Part shown: positions 1 to 9,576 of the stretch, piece after piece
Numbering within the stretch: the first letter of the stretch is position 1
Layout: every line of letters begins with the position of its first letter
NCBI GenBank assembly: GCA_964428615.1
Contig: CAYRXZ010000003.1
Coordinates: forward strand, 1 to 61,268
DNA from: an uncultured Candidatus Saccharibacteria bacterium
Lineage (GTDB): Bacteria > Patescibacteriota > Minisyncoccia > UBA6257 > UBA9933
Reading direction: 5' to 3'
DNA: 61,268 nucleotides
Program-made: the position numbers and the translations under genes
Notes under the pieces: model-generated
The model's input: only the letters and a program-made list of their open reading frames with translations
Databases searched by the model: none
Told to the model about the DNA's origin: nothing

Positions 1-2
1 TA

Positions 3-134
3 TTGGTTTTCGGCAAACCGGTTTTGTTTTATTTGGACGGGCTTAAAAAAGAAGCTGTTTCTTTATTATTTTATACAATTGGATTTTTAATTTTAATTGC
101 CATTATTATATTTTTGACACTGTTAATTCTTTAA
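3..134 (+). CDS. 3' end of an unidentified CDS entering from upstream (partial)
   Basis: Frame 3 is open from the window edge to TAA at 132-134. The tail YTIGFLILIAIIIFLTLLIL looks like a C-terminal TM helix. No family recognisable. Confidence 0.3.
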   Translation: MVFGKPVLFYLDGLKKEAVSLLFYTIGFLILIAIIIFLTLLIL

Positions 135-193
135 ATACTTTTCTTGACAAAATCTCCTAAATTTGCTTAACTAAGCGTAGTTTTAAAGCACAT

Positions 194-202
194 TGTTATA
201 AT
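194..202 (+). promoter_or_regulatory. Candidate extended -10 promoter (TGtTATAAT) for the small ORF at 259
   Basis: TG-n-TATAAT at 194-202, about 55 nt upstream of the start. No good -35. Confidence 0.3.
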
Positions 203-258
203 ATGTATAAGCGTTTTTATAGGGATGCTCAACAAACTAACCGAAGGAGGGAATGATT

Positions 259-525
259 ATGGATGAGAAAGTTGTCAAGATGAAAAAAACAGCGGCACGC
301 CTTAAAACAAAAGTCGTGAGGTTAATCGAAGAAAATCGAAGGTTGGGCAAAAAAGCCGAAATGTTTGAAAAAAAAAGTGACAATCTCGCCGCCGAACTCC
401 AAATGCACAAAGATGCGAATGCGGTAGGGATAATTCAGATAATCAAGATCGCCGTGGCCATCGAAATGTTCGAAGTTAAATCGGCAACCATTGCCAATGC
501 CGCTGCAGAACGAAAGCTCATTTGA
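259..525 (+). CDS. Small coiled-coil protein of unknown function
   Basis: GGAGG at 246-250 lies 8 nt from ATG 259; the track start ATG 253 is only 2 nt away. K/E-rich heptad-like N-half. Followed by a clean terminator. Confidence 0.55.
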   Translation: MDEKVVKMKKTAARLKTKVVRLIEENRRLGKKAEMFEKKSDNLAAELQMHKDANAVGIIQIIKIAVAIEMFEVKSATIANAAAERKLI

Positions 526-540
526 AAACGCACCCCAAAA

Positions 541-575
541 AGCCAATTCCATAAAAGAATTGGCTTTTAAATTTT
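541..575 (+). terminator. Rho-independent terminator
   Basis: Perfect 9-bp stem AGCCAATTC/GAATTGGCT (541-549 / 557-565), 7-nt loop, then TTTTAAATTTT. Confidence 0.7.
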
Positions 576-616
576 CCTATTACAACTTACCCCTAAAAGA
601 CTTATAATATATCTAA

Positions 617-1579
617 ATGCTTATAGACGACGTAAAAATAAAAATTTCTTCAGGAAAAGGCGGTAAGGGCGCCGTGGCTTTTAATAAAAACTTGATGAGT
701 TTAGGACCAGCAGGTGCGACCGGCGGAAAAGGCGGAAGTATTTACGTTGAAGCCATAGCCGATTTAAGCGCTCTTAACCAATTCAGATTTAAAAAAATTC
801 TTTCTGCTGAAGATGGAGGCGAAGGTCGGAGCCAATTCAGAGACGGTCGGGACGGAAAAGATTTAATTTTAAAAGTTCCAATTGGCACATTAATTCATAA
901 TTTAACAAATGGAGAAGAAGTTGAATTGATAAAAATTAGCGAACGCGCTCTTTTGGCAAAAGGCGGAAACGGCGGAAAAGGAAATTTTCATTTTCGATCT
1001 TCCCGTAATACAAGCCCGAAAGAATCCCAGCCCGGCCTTCCGGGAGAAGAATTTGAATTAAGATTGGAATTAAAGCTTATTGCCGACGTCGGTTTTGTCG
1101 GTCTTCCAAATGTTGGGAAATCTAGCTTATTAAACGTGCTTACAAACGCCAAAAGCAAAGTGGCAAATTATGCCTTTACTACACTTGAGCCAAATCTTGG
1201 AGTTTATTATGAATTAGTTTTAGCTGATATCCCCGGATTAATTGAAGGCTCTTCTCAAGGAAAAGGTTTAGGAATAAAATTTTTGCGCCACATTGAACGA
1301 ACAAAAATAATTTTTCATTTTATTTCCGCCGAATCTCTTGACCCACGCAAAGATTATAAAACCATTAAAAAGGAACTTGGTTTGTATAACGACGAGCTTC
1401 TTAAAAAAGAAGAGTATTTATTTTTAACAAAAAGCGACCAACTTCCGCCTAAAGAATTAAAAGTTAAGCTTTCAGTTTTAAAAGGAATAAACCCGAAAGC
1501 CATAGCCATATCTATTTTGGACGACAAGAGCGTCGATGAGGTTAAAGAAATCTTAAATAAAATTAAAGCTGAAAAATAG
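617..1579 (+). CDS. obg: GTPase Obg/CgtA
   Basis: Glycine-rich Obg fold (GKGGKGAV, GGKGGSIY, GGNGGKGN), then G1 GLPNVGKSS and G3 DIPGLIEG. Confidence 0.95.
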   Translation: MLIDDVKIKISSGKGGKGAVAFNKNLMSLGPAGATGGKGGSIYVEAIADLSALNQFRFKKILSAEDGGEGRSQFRDGRDGKDLILKVPIGTLIHNLTNGEEVELIKISERALLAKGGNGGKGNFHFRSSRNTSPKESQPGLPGEEFELRLELKLIADVGFVGLPNVGKSSLLNVLTNAKSKVANYAFTTLEPNLGVYYELVLADIPGLIEGSSQGKGLGIKFLRHIERTKIIFHFISAESLDPRKDYKTIKKELGLYNDELLKKEEYLFLTKSDQLPPKELKVKLSVLKGINPKAIAISILDDKSVDEVKEILNKIKAEK

Positions 1580-1583
1580 CCTA

Positions 1584-2819
1584 TTATCTCCTTCCTCGAT
1601 AAGGGCTGAATTTTTTATGTTTGGTAAATTTTTTATTTCTACTGAGATTTCCCCCACTAAAACGCGGTTCTGTTTTTTCACGTATCAAATCACTTTTTCT
1701 AAAGGGAGGCAGTTGGGGAAGTTTCGAAAGAGGTAGTGTTGCTCGAATAAGTCGTTCTATTCCCTTCACTTTCCCGCGCTGGTCGGGCGTGGCAAAAGAA
1801 ATCGCATGTCCGGCAGCGCCTATGCGCGCTGTTCTGCCGATGCGATGAACATAATCTTCAGAACTTTGTGGAAGGTCATAATTTAGAACAAGCTCAATTC
1901 CCTTTACATCTATCCCCCGTGCGGCAATATCCGTTGCCACAAGAATGCGATATTTGCCATTTCTGAATCCTTCGAGTGCTTCTTGCCGTTGTTTGAGAGA
2001 ACGATTTGAATGAAGTTCTGTAACGGTATGCCCCATTGAACGGACATTTAAAGCTATTTTCCGCGCCGCAAATTTTGTTTTTATAAATATTAAAGCGGAA
2101 CCGCGATATTCATATAAAAGTTTTTCTAAAAGCCGAGGTTTATCGTTTTTTTCCACAAAAAAAAGTTCTTGGGTAACTTTTTCCGCCGTAGTGCCGGAAG
2201 GAGCAATCTCAACGCGTAATGGAAGCTTCATATTGGCCTGTGCCATGACAATAATATCTCTTGGCATTGTTGCCGAAAAAAGCAAAGTTTGTTTCTCACG
2301 AGGTACTTCTCGAAGTATTAATTTTAATTGCGGGGCAAAACCCATATCCAGCATTCTATCCGCTTCATCAAGTGTGAGCACGCCAATCGATTTAAGTGAA
2401 ATAGTTTTTTGCTCCAAATGATCAATAATTCTTCCCGGAGTGCCGATTATAATTTGCGGATTATTACGAATATCCCGAATTTGATGACGAATTGGTTCCC
2501 CTCCAATAAGGACAGCCGTTTTCACGCCGAGAGGCGTTCCAAATTTATGAAAAACTTCATTTACCTGGGAAGCAAGTTCTCTTGTCGGTAATACCACGAG
2601 TCCTTTTTTGCCGCGAAGCGCAGCCTGAATCATTGGGATCGCGAAAGCGAATGTTTTGCCAGTGCCTGTTTGAGCAACACCTATCATATCTTTTCCTTCT
2701 ATAGACGAAGGAATTGATTTTTCCTGGATTGGAGTGGGAACTTTAAAATTAAATTTATCAAGTATTTCCAATATGTTCGGAGCGATACCAAGATTGTAGA
2801 AACCGGAAGATTTCCCCAT
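1584..2819 (-). CDS. DEAD-box ATP-dependent RNA helicase
   Basis: AQTGTGKT (Walker A), DEAD box (LDEADRM), SAT, HRIGRTAR, basic C-terminal tail. Confidence 0.95.
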   Translation of the reverse strand: MGKSSGFYNLGIAPNILEILDKFNFKVPTPIQEKSIPSSIEGKDMIGVAQTGTGKTFAFAIPMIQAALRGKKGLVVLPTRELASQVNEVFHKFGTPLGVKTAVLIGGEPIRHQIRDIRNNPQIIIGTPGRIIDHLEQKTISLKSIGVLTLDEADRMLDMGFAPQLKLILREVPREKQTLLFSATMPRDIIVMAQANMKLPLRVEIAPSGTTAEKVTQELFFVEKNDKPRLLEKLLYEYRGSALIFIKTKFAARKIALNVRSMGHTVTELHSNRSLKQRQEALEGFRNGKYRILVATDIAARGIDVKGIELVLNYDLPQSSEDYVHRIGRTARIGAAGHAISFATPDQRGKVKGIERLIRATLPLSKLPQLPPFRKSDLIREKTEPRFSGGNLSRNKKFTKHKKFSPYRGRR

Positions 2820-2838
2820 TTTTATATATAATATTTAA

Positions 2839-3309
2839 TTATTGTGATTGAATACTTAAAAGTTCAACCCAAAAAATTAAAGTTGAACTCGCGGGTATTG
2901 AACCGTAATCTTGGTTCCCATAAGCAAGCGCCGGCGGAATAGTAAGTTTTCTTCTACCACCTACTTTCATTCCTACGACTCCTTCGTCCCAACCCTTGAT
3001 AACTTGCCCCGCGCCCAGAACAAACGAAAATGGCTGATTTCTATCATAAGAACTATCAAATTTTTTTCCATTCTCTAAAACACCCGTATAATGAACACTG
3101 ACAAAATTTCCGGCAATCGCTTCCGCGCCCGTCCCAATAATTTCATCTATCACTTGCAAACCGCTTTCTAAAAATTTCGTTTCCATTTTATTGTTATTTA
3201 ATAAGTCTTCTTCCACTTTTTTGTCGTTATTTTTTAAAAATAAATAAATACCAATTAAGGCAAAAAGAATTATCACAACGATTAATAAAATAATTAAGTT
3301 TTTATTCAT
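2839..3309 (-). CDS. Membrane-anchored FKBP-type peptidyl-prolyl cis-trans isomerase
   Basis: N-terminal TM helix plus FKBP_C motifs ([34 protein letters not shown]). ATG 3309 (MNKN..) is preferred over ATG 3318 because codons MCG lie inside the repeat arm. Confidence 0.85.
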   Translation of the reverse strand: MNKNLIILLIVVIILFALIGIYLFLKNNDKKVEEDLLNNNKMETKFLESGLQVIDEIIGTGAEAIAGNFVSVHYTGVLENGKKFDSSYDRNQPFSFVLGAGQVIKGWDEGVVGMKVGGRRKLTIPPALAYGNQDYGSIPASSTLIFWVELLSIQSQ

Positions 3310-3438
3310 CCCACACATAACTTACACAATCAACGAATTGCCATATTATTACCGACATAATTCTTAAATGTGTAATTTTAATAATTTTTGATTAATGAAT
3401 AACCCACATTTAAACTTAGCGTAAGTTATGTGTGGGAT
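3308..3438. repeat. Long copy A of the TCCCACACATAAC palindromic element (MITE-like, 131 bp)
   Basis: Perfect 18-bp terminal inverted repeats ATCCCACACATAACTTAC (3308-3325) / GTAAGTTATGTGTGGGAT (3421-3438). Inner inverted repeat TTACACAAT/ATGTGTAA. Shares conserved blocks with copy B at 53644-53765. Confidence 0.85.
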
Positions 3439-3473
3439 TCATGTAGTTTATTTTATATAAATTTAAATAAAAT

Positions 3474-3518
3474 TACAAATAAAGAATCCCCGGAACAGCA
3501 TGAAGCTAGTCCGGGGAT
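3474..3518 (-). terminator. Rho-independent terminator after phoH2
   Basis: 9-bp stem ATCCCCGGA/TCCGGGGAT (3486-3494 / 3510-3518), followed on the minus strand by TCTTTATTTGT. Confidence 0.65.
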
Positions 3519-3529
3519 ATAATGTTTTT

Positions 3530-4951
3530 CTACATCAACTGAGTAGTCAGCGCAGAGAGATAAGACCTTTCGCCGTGTTGAAGCGTAAGTGTCCCAAAAA
3601 TACTCTGCCCTTTGAATTTCTCGATAACGCAGGAAAGTCCGTTGCTGATAGAATCCAGATAAGGCGTATCTATCTGGGAACAATCGCCCGTTAGTACCAC
3701 CTTGGTGTTTTCGCCTGCGCGAGTCAGAATTGTCTTCATCGAATGTGGGGACAAGTTTTGTGTTTCATCCACAATTACAAACGTATTATTTATGCTTCTC
3801 CCCCTGATAAAATTGATCGGCATAATTTCAAACTGGCCGCTTCTGATAAGATAATCTGCTGTAATTTCGTGGCTTTTGCCGGAAAACTGCTTTTTAGGAC
3901 TACGACCGTTGGTTTTCAAAATAAGATTGAGATTGTCGAAAATCGGTTTTGTCCAGGGGCCGAACTTTTCTCCGATGTCTCCCGGGAGAAACCCCAATTT
4001 GTTGCCTATTTCTTCATTCGGCCTGTAAACCTCAATGCTCTTATAAACACTTCCAAGTTGGTCAAAGGCTGCCAAAAGCGTTAACAACGTCTTTCCCGTA
4101 CCGGCCTTCCCCGACAAAGCAACAAGTGAAATTGTTGGGTCAGTGAGCAATGCATAAGTAAGCGCCTGCTCGTTATTCCTGGGCACGATAGAGGAATTCT
4201 TTTCTTCTTTTAGGTAAGGTTTTTTAACCTTAATCAAAACACCTTCGGCTTTTTTGAAAATTGCCAATACATTTTTCCCATCGACAATTAACTCAAGACA
4301 TTGATTCGGCAGCAATAAATCGATTTTCGTCTGGTCTGATCCCGAGAGTTTCTTTACACGAAACAGTCCATCTTGATTTATCAATCTGAGAAGTTCGGGT
4401 TCCTGAAGCGACACCTTGGCAAATCCGGAATATAACTCGTCAAGTTTACTGATACTTTTGTCATCTTCATAATCCTCAGAGTCAATCCCAAAAGCATTTG
4501 CCACTACTCGTAGATTAATATCCTTACTAACAAGAGCTATTTTCTTGTATTTTCCTGCCGACTCATTTTTCCATCGAACTGCCGCGTCAATGATTCTGTT
4601 ATCATTTGTCTTTTCAAGACCGGACATGCGTTTCTTGAAAGTTTTGTCATCGCCATTGCAGTCAACAACGATAATGCCACCGCTTTTTGTCTTTACTCCT
4701 GAAACCAATGATCCACAACCCCGATATTCATCTAGAAGCCGGGAAACCGTACGGGCGTTAACTCCTTTTTCATCTTGAATCTTTTTCGCGCGGTCCAGTT
4801 CAGCCAGAACGTAAATTGACAAAACCACAATGTTGCCGTCCGAACTGAGTTTTTCAACAACGCTTGGGTCATGCATGATTACGCTTGTGTCAACAAAATA
4901 AACATTTTTGCCGCTAGGGAAATTCCGCTTTGCTTTGCTATTTCTTTCCAT
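3530..4951 (-). CDS. PhoH2-type protein (N-terminal PIN domain fused to PhoH-like ATPase)
   Basis: PIN-like N-terminus (VYFVDTSVIMHDP, acidic residues). PhoH domain with Walker A GKAGTGKT and VIVDETQN. AGGAGG Shine-Dalgarno just upstream. Visibly GC-richer than its neighbours. Confidence 0.85.
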   Translation of the reverse strand: MERNSKAKRNFPSGKNVYFVDTSVIMHDPSVVEKLSSDGNIVVLSIYVLAELDRAKKIQDEKGVNARTVSRLLDEYRGCGSLVSGVKTKSGGIIVVDCNGDDKTFKKRMSGLEKTNDNRIIDAAVRWKNESAGKYKKIALVSKDINLRVVANAFGIDSEDYEDDKSISKLDELYSGFAKVSLQEPELLRLINQDGLFRVKKLSGSDQTKIDLLLPNQCLELIVDGKNVLAIFKKAEGVLIKVKKPYLKEEKNSSIVPRNNEQALTYALLTDPTISLVALSGKAGTGKTLLTLLAAFDQLGSVYKSIEVYRPNEEIGNKLGFLPGDIGEKFGPWTKPIFDNLNLILKTNGRSPKKQFSGKSHEITADYLIRSGQFEIMPINFIRGRSINNTFVIVDETQNLSPHSMKTILTRAGENTKVVLTGDCSQIDTPYLDSISNGLSCVIEKFKGQSIFGTLTLQHGERSYLSALTTQLM

Positions 4952-5020
4952 GACTTCCTCCTATATTCGATTTAGTATTATATTGCTCTGATTTATTAAT
5001 TTTTGCTCTGTGCTAATTTC

Positions 5021-5049
5021 AGTATGAATCTGAAAATTTTAACTGTCAA
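5021..5049 (-). promoter_or_regulatory. Candidate sigma70-type promoter for phoH2
   Basis: Minus strand TTGACA-N17-CATACT, about 60 nt upstream of the AGGAGG/ATG. Confidence 0.4.
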
Positions 5050-5064
5050 CAAAGATATTAACAA

Positions 5065-6891
5065 TTAATTTTTAATGTCCCTTCTAACTCTTTTTCTCTC
5101 AATTTCGGTAAGAAGCATTTTTCTTATACGAATGCTTTTAGGAGTAACTTCTACCATTTCGTCGTCACCGATATAACTTAAAGCATCTTCAAGTGTAAGT
5201 GTTAATGGTACCTCAAGTTGGTCTTGAAGTCCTTCATTTTTAGACCTGAAGTTTGTGAGTTCTTTTGTTTTGCAAACATTAACCGGAATATCGCCAGACT
5301 TCGCGTTCTGACCAACAACCATTCCCTCATAAACCGGCACTCCGGCACTCATAAAAAGTTTTCCCCTGCCTTGAGCGGCAACTAAACCAAAATTATTAGA
5401 AACACCTGTTTCGGTAGCAACAATTGAACCGCGCGTTTCGGATCTAATTTCTCCTTTATATTCTTCATAACCTAAAAAGATGCTATTCATTATTCCCATT
5501 CCTTTTGTGCTGGTTAAAAATTCTCCGCGTGAACCGATTAAGCCGCGTGTCGGTATAATAAAATCCATATAAACAATCCTTTGATCAATTCTCATTTCCT
5601 TCATTATGCCGGAACGTTTACCTATCATTTCAATAACAGCTCCAGAATATGCCTCAGGAGTTTCAATTGAAACAAGTTCCATTGGTTCTAATTTAACGCC
5701 CCTTCCGCCAATTGACGGATCTTTAAAAATAACCTGAGGCTTAGAAACTTCTAATTCAAAACCCTCACGGCGCATTTTCTCAATTAAAATCGCCAAATGT
5801 AATTCTCCTCTTCCAGAAACAATCCAGCGGTCGGTTGTCTCGCCCGGAGCGACTGAAAGAGCGACATCTGTTTCAAGCTCATGCTCAAGCCGGTCCTTTA
5901 AATTGCGAGAGGTCGTGAATTCGCCTTCTTTTCCTTTGAACGGCGAAGTATTTACTCCAAAGGTCATTTTTATTGTCGGTTCATCTATTTGGATTGTTGG
6001 CAAAACAATTGGATCTTTCGAATCGGCGATAGTTTCACCAATTGAAATATCAGGGATTCCGGCAACGGCAACAATATCTCCGGCATTCGCTTCTTCAACA
6101 TCAATTTTATTCAGACCGTCAAAAAGCATAATTGAAGTAAGTTTAATTTGTTTTACTGTTCCTTCACGATTAATATGAGCTACGGTTGCTCCTTTTTTTA
6201 AAACTCCAGAATAAAGCCTGCCTACCGCGATTTTACCTTTGTAATTATCATACGCCAAATTAACTGTCAGCATTTGCAATGGTTTTGATTCATCTACAGC
6301 CGGTTCGGGAATATATTTTATAATTGTTTCAAAAATACATTCCACATTTTTCATTTTTTCAAGAACCGGCTCATAACCGGCCTTGCCTGCAATTGCCGAA
6401 GCGTAAATTACCGGAAATTCAATTTGTGATTCACTGGCGCCAAGTTCAAAAAATAAATCATATGTGGCATTTAAAACCCACTCCGGTCTGGCGTTTGGTT
6501 TATCTATTTTATTTATTATCACAATTATTTTATGCCCCGCCTGAATGGCTTTTCTTAAAACGAATTTTGTTTGCGGCATCGGACCCTCTTTCGCGTCAAC
6601 AAGTAAAAGCACGCCATCAACCATGCGCATGATGCGTTCAACTTCTCCGCCGAAATCGGCGTGTCCAGGGGTGTCAACTATATTTATTTTTATATCGTGA
6701 TATTTAATTGAGGCATTTTTAGAAAAAATGGTAATTCCCCTTTCCCTTTCAAGATCATTAGAGTCCATAATCAAATCTTTCGGAGTATCAATTTTTATCT
6801 TGAAATTTTCCGATTGCTTTAAAAGGGCGTCAACTAAAGTAGTTTTGCCGTGGTCAACATGCGCGATTATTGCTATATTTCGTATATTCAT
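5065..6891 (-). CDS. typA: Translational GTPase TypA/BipA
   Basis: [33 protein letters not shown]-like domain order. The track start 6912 is TTG; ATG 6891 gives the canonical [10 protein letters not shown]-terminus. Confidence 0.92.
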   Translation of the reverse strand: MNIRNIAIIAHVDHGKTTLVDALLKQSENFKIKIDTPKDLIMDSNDLERERGITIFSKNASIKYHDIKINIVDTPGHADFGGEVERIMRMVDGVLLLVDAKEGPMPQTKFVLRKAIQAGHKIIVIINKIDKPNARPEWVLNATYDLFFELGASESQIEFPVIYASAIAGKAGYEPVLEKMKNVECIFETIIKYIPEPAVDESKPLQMLTVNLAYDNYKGKIAVGRLYSGVLKKGATVAHINREGTVKQIKLTSIMLFDGLNKIDVEEANAGDIVAVAGIPDISIGETIADSKDPIVLPTIQIDEPTIKMTFGVNTSPFKGKEGEFTTSRNLKDRLEHELETDVALSVAPGETTDRWIVSGRGELHLAILIEKMRREGFELEVSKPQVIFKDPSIGGRGVKLEPMELVSIETPEAYSGAVIEMIGKRSGIMKEMRIDQRIVYMDFIIPTRGLIGSRGEFLTSTKGMGIMNSIFLGYEEYKGEIRSETRGSIVATETGVSNNFGLVAAQGRGKLFMSAGVPVYEGMVVGQNAKSGDIPVNVCKTKELTNFRSKNEGLQDQLEVPLTLTLEDALSYIGDDEMVEVTPKSIRIRKMLLTEIERKRVRRDIKN

Positions 6892-6987
6892 AATTACACT
6901 AAAAATGCCCAAAAGGGCTTTCGGTTAATATTAATACAATAAACCGATAAATTCAATATTTATTAAAAAAGGTTTATAATAGAGTTT

Positions 6988-7569
6988 ATGTTTTCACTTG
7001 AGCAAATAATCGAACTTTTAATTCAGTATAAATATTACATTCTTTTTCCAATTATGATTATTGAGGGGCCTATAGCGACTGTTATCGCCGGTTTTATTGT
7101 TTCTGTCGGAGTTATGAATTTTATCATAACTTATTTTGTAGTTATTGTCGGAGATACAACTGGTGACATAATTTATTATATTATTGGTCGCTGGGGGCGG
7201 GAAAAATTTTTAGAACGGTGGGGTAAATATATTGGTTTTCCGGTTGAAAAAGTTATTCCAATTGAAAAACATTTTGAAGAGCACGGCGCCAAAACGTTAT
7301 TTATAGGAAAAATGGCGCAAGGCATTGGCGGAATTTTTCTCGTTGCCGCCGGCCTGGTTAAAATGCCATTTTTAAAATTCCTTTCGGCGAATCTTTTTGC
7401 GACATTAGCTAAATCTTTCGGTTTGTTATTATTGGGTTATTTTTTTGGCCAGGCTATAAATAATATAAATTCTATACTTGGTGTAATTAGCGCCATATCA
7501 ATCGGCATCGGTATTATTGTTATTTTCTTTTTTTTCTATCGTCAAAAAATGGTAGATGTAAAAATTTAA
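6988..7569 (+). CDS. DedA family membrane protein
   Basis: Typical DedA N-terminus (YYILFPIMIIEGP..IAG) and GR..G..F motif; multiple TM helices. TATAAT at 6975-6980 lies 7 nt before the ATG. Confidence 0.75.
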   Translation: MFSLEQIIELLIQYKYYILFPIMIIEGPIATVIAGFIVSVGVMNFIITYFVVIVGDTTGDIIYYIIGRWGREKFLERWGKYIGFPVEKVIPIEKHFEEHGAKTLFIGKMAQGIGGIFLVAAGLVKMPFLKFLSANLFATLAKSFGLLLLGYFFGQAINNINSILGVISAISIGIGIIVIFFFFYRQKMVDVKI

Positions 7570-7573
7570 TACT

Positions 7574-8407
7574 ATGGAAAACGACTATCTTAAAAAGAGT
7601 TTTATAGAAACCGCAAACGGAAGAATTTTTTACTTTTACGATAATTCGTTTCCAAACAGACCATTTGCCGTTTTTCTCCACGGACTTTCTTCAAACCATA
7701 CTACCTGGCTGAAACCAATGGAGGTTTTACATCAACATAAATACAACGTTTTAGCGCCGGATTTACGCGGGCATGGATTTTCCGATAAAATAAAAAACAA
7801 AAAACTTTACCAACTGCCGGTTTTTTCCAACGACCTGCGCGAAATAATTAAAAAGGAGGGAATCAACAGCTTTATTTTAATTGGCTATTCTTTCGGCGGC
7901 CAAGTCGCTCTTGAATATGTTTCAAAATATCCTGAAAGTATCAAAGGACTTGTATTATTAAGCACAAATCACATTAATCCCTTTAAATACTGGAAAATTA
8001 ATCTTTTGACCCCGATTGCAGTTGGCTTCCTTAATTTACTGGCAATAGCGTTATTGTGGCAAAAAAAGAAAACTTATTATTATTACCAACACGGGAAAGC
8101 TGAAGGTTATTGGGGCTCAGTAAAACATGGTTTAATGACAATGCCCTTATCTATAAATTTATGGATGCTTTCCAATATGGCGAATATTGATTTCAAAGAG
8201 TCTATTAAAAAAATAAAAGTTCCTACTGATATTGTTTGGAGCAAAAAAGATTTTTTTATCACAAAAACCGAAATTAAAGATATGGCAAATGCAATTAAAG
8301 GGGCTAAAGTTATTATCTCTAAAAATGAAAACCATTTCATCGGAACGAATTCGCAAAACGAAACCATTGAAATTATTATTAATTTTTTGGATAATAAGTT
8401 TATATGA
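7574..8407 (+). CDS. Alpha/beta-fold hydrolase
   Basis: HGLSSN oxyanion region, nucleophile elbow GYSFGG, C-terminal His (NENHF). Confidence 0.75.
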   Translation: MENDYLKKSFIETANGRIFYFYDNSFPNRPFAVFLHGLSSNHTTWLKPMEVLHQHKYNVLAPDLRGHGFSDKIKNKKLYQLPVFSNDLREIIKKEGINSFILIGYSFGGQVALEYVSKYPESIKGLVLLSTNHINPFKYWKINLLTPIAVGFLNLLAIALLWQKKKTYYYYQHGKAEGYWGSVKHGLMTMPLSINLWMLSNMANIDFKESIKKIKVPTDIVWSKKDFFITKTEIKDMANAIKGAKVIISKNENHFIGTNSQNETIEIIINFLDNKFI

Positions 8408-9576
8408 GAATAGCTATTTTTAGCGACACTTTTCCTCCTCAAACAAACGGCGTGGCAAACGTCGCTTATCAGTCAGCGAAAAATATTTCCGAACTAGGGC
8501 ACAAAGTGATTGTTTTTACCGTTTTCAAAAGAAATAGTATTTCAAATATTTCAGATTCGGAAAATTTAAAAATTATCCGATTGCCTTCCCTGCCTGCTCT
8601 TATTTATCCCGGTGAACGACTGACAATTCCTTTGGGTATATCATTCCCCTATATCAAAAGGTTTAAACCCGATGTAATTCACGTCCATACTCCTTTTTCG
8701 GTTGGTCTCGAAGGCGCTTTAGCGGCAAAGCTTTTTAAGATTCCACTTATCGGCACCCATCACACTTTTTACGACCATTATCTCAAACATATTAAACTAG
8801 ATTATAACTGGATGAAAAAATTTTCTTGGAAATGCTGCGTCGGTTTTTATAATTTTTGCGATTTGGCGATAAATCCGTCAAAGGCTTTAAATGACGCCTT
8901 AAAAGAAAAAGGTCTTAAGATTTCAACCGAAGTAATAAGAAATTCAATTAATACTAATTTATTTCAACCGATTTCAAGCGCCAAAGAAAAAAAGCTTATC
9001 AAAAAGAGTTTTGGCATTGAAAATAAATCGGTTGTTTATATGGGACGATTAAGTTACGAAAAAAGCATCGATAAGGTGATAAAAGCGTTCGTTTTGATGC
9101 TTGATAAAAAGCCAAATTTGAAATTAATGCTTATTGGCGACGGCCCGGAAAAACAAAAATTAAAGAATTTAGTAAAAGAATTAAGTATAAAAGACAACGT
9201 TATTTTTACGGGCTTCCTTTATAAAAACGAGCTCGTTAGAGCTCTTAGGGCAAATGACGTATTTTTAAGCGCTTGCAAAAATGAAAATATGCCACTTTCT
9301 GTAGCTCAAACAATGGCAGTCGGGTTACCCCTTATAGCCGTTAAAGAGAACGGGCTTTCAGAATTAATAAATGAAAAAATTAACGGATTATTTTGCAAGA
9401 CTGATGACCCGGAAGATATGGCGAAAAAAACTTTAAAATTACTTTCGAGTCCTGCTTTGCTTAAAAAATTTGGAGCCGGTTCGCGAAAAATGGCAATGAA
9501 ATATTCGGATGAAAAAATAACAGAATTATTAATAGAAGCGTATAAAAAAATAATTACTATTAAAAAGCATGGATAA
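8404..9576 (+). CDS. Glycosyltransferase family 4 (possible glycolipid synthase type)
   Basis: MRIAIFSDTFPPQTNGVANV N-terminus typical of GT4 diacylglycerol/lipid glycosyltransferases. C-terminal E-x7-E-like region. 4-nt overlap with the upstream gene. Confidence 0.8.
   Translation: MRIAIFSDTFPPQTNGVANVAYQSAKNISELGHKVIVFTVFKRNSISNISDSENLKIIRLPSLPALIYPGERLTIPLGISFPYIKRFKPDVIHVHTPFSVGLEGALAAKLFKIPLIGTHHTFYDHYLKHIKLDYNWMKKFSWKCCVGFYNFCDLAINPSKALNDALKEKGLKISTEVIRNSINTNLFQPISSAKEKKLIKKSFGIENKSVVYMGRLSYEKSIDKVIKAFVLMLDKKPNLKLMLIGDGPEKQKLKNLVKELSIKDNVIFTGFLYKNELVRALRANDVFLSACKNENMPLSVAQTMAVGLPLIAVKENGLSELINEKINGLFCKTDDPEDMAKKTLKLLSSPALLKKFGAGSRKMAMKYSDEKITELLIEAYKKIITIKKHG

Noticed and set aside
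8107-8442. 111-aa and 65-aa minus-strand ORFs and a 63-aa plus-strand ORF at the hydrolase/GT4 junction.
   Set aside because: They are antisense or out of frame to the alpha/beta hydrolase and GT4 genes, with hydrophobic low-complexity content and no independent signals.
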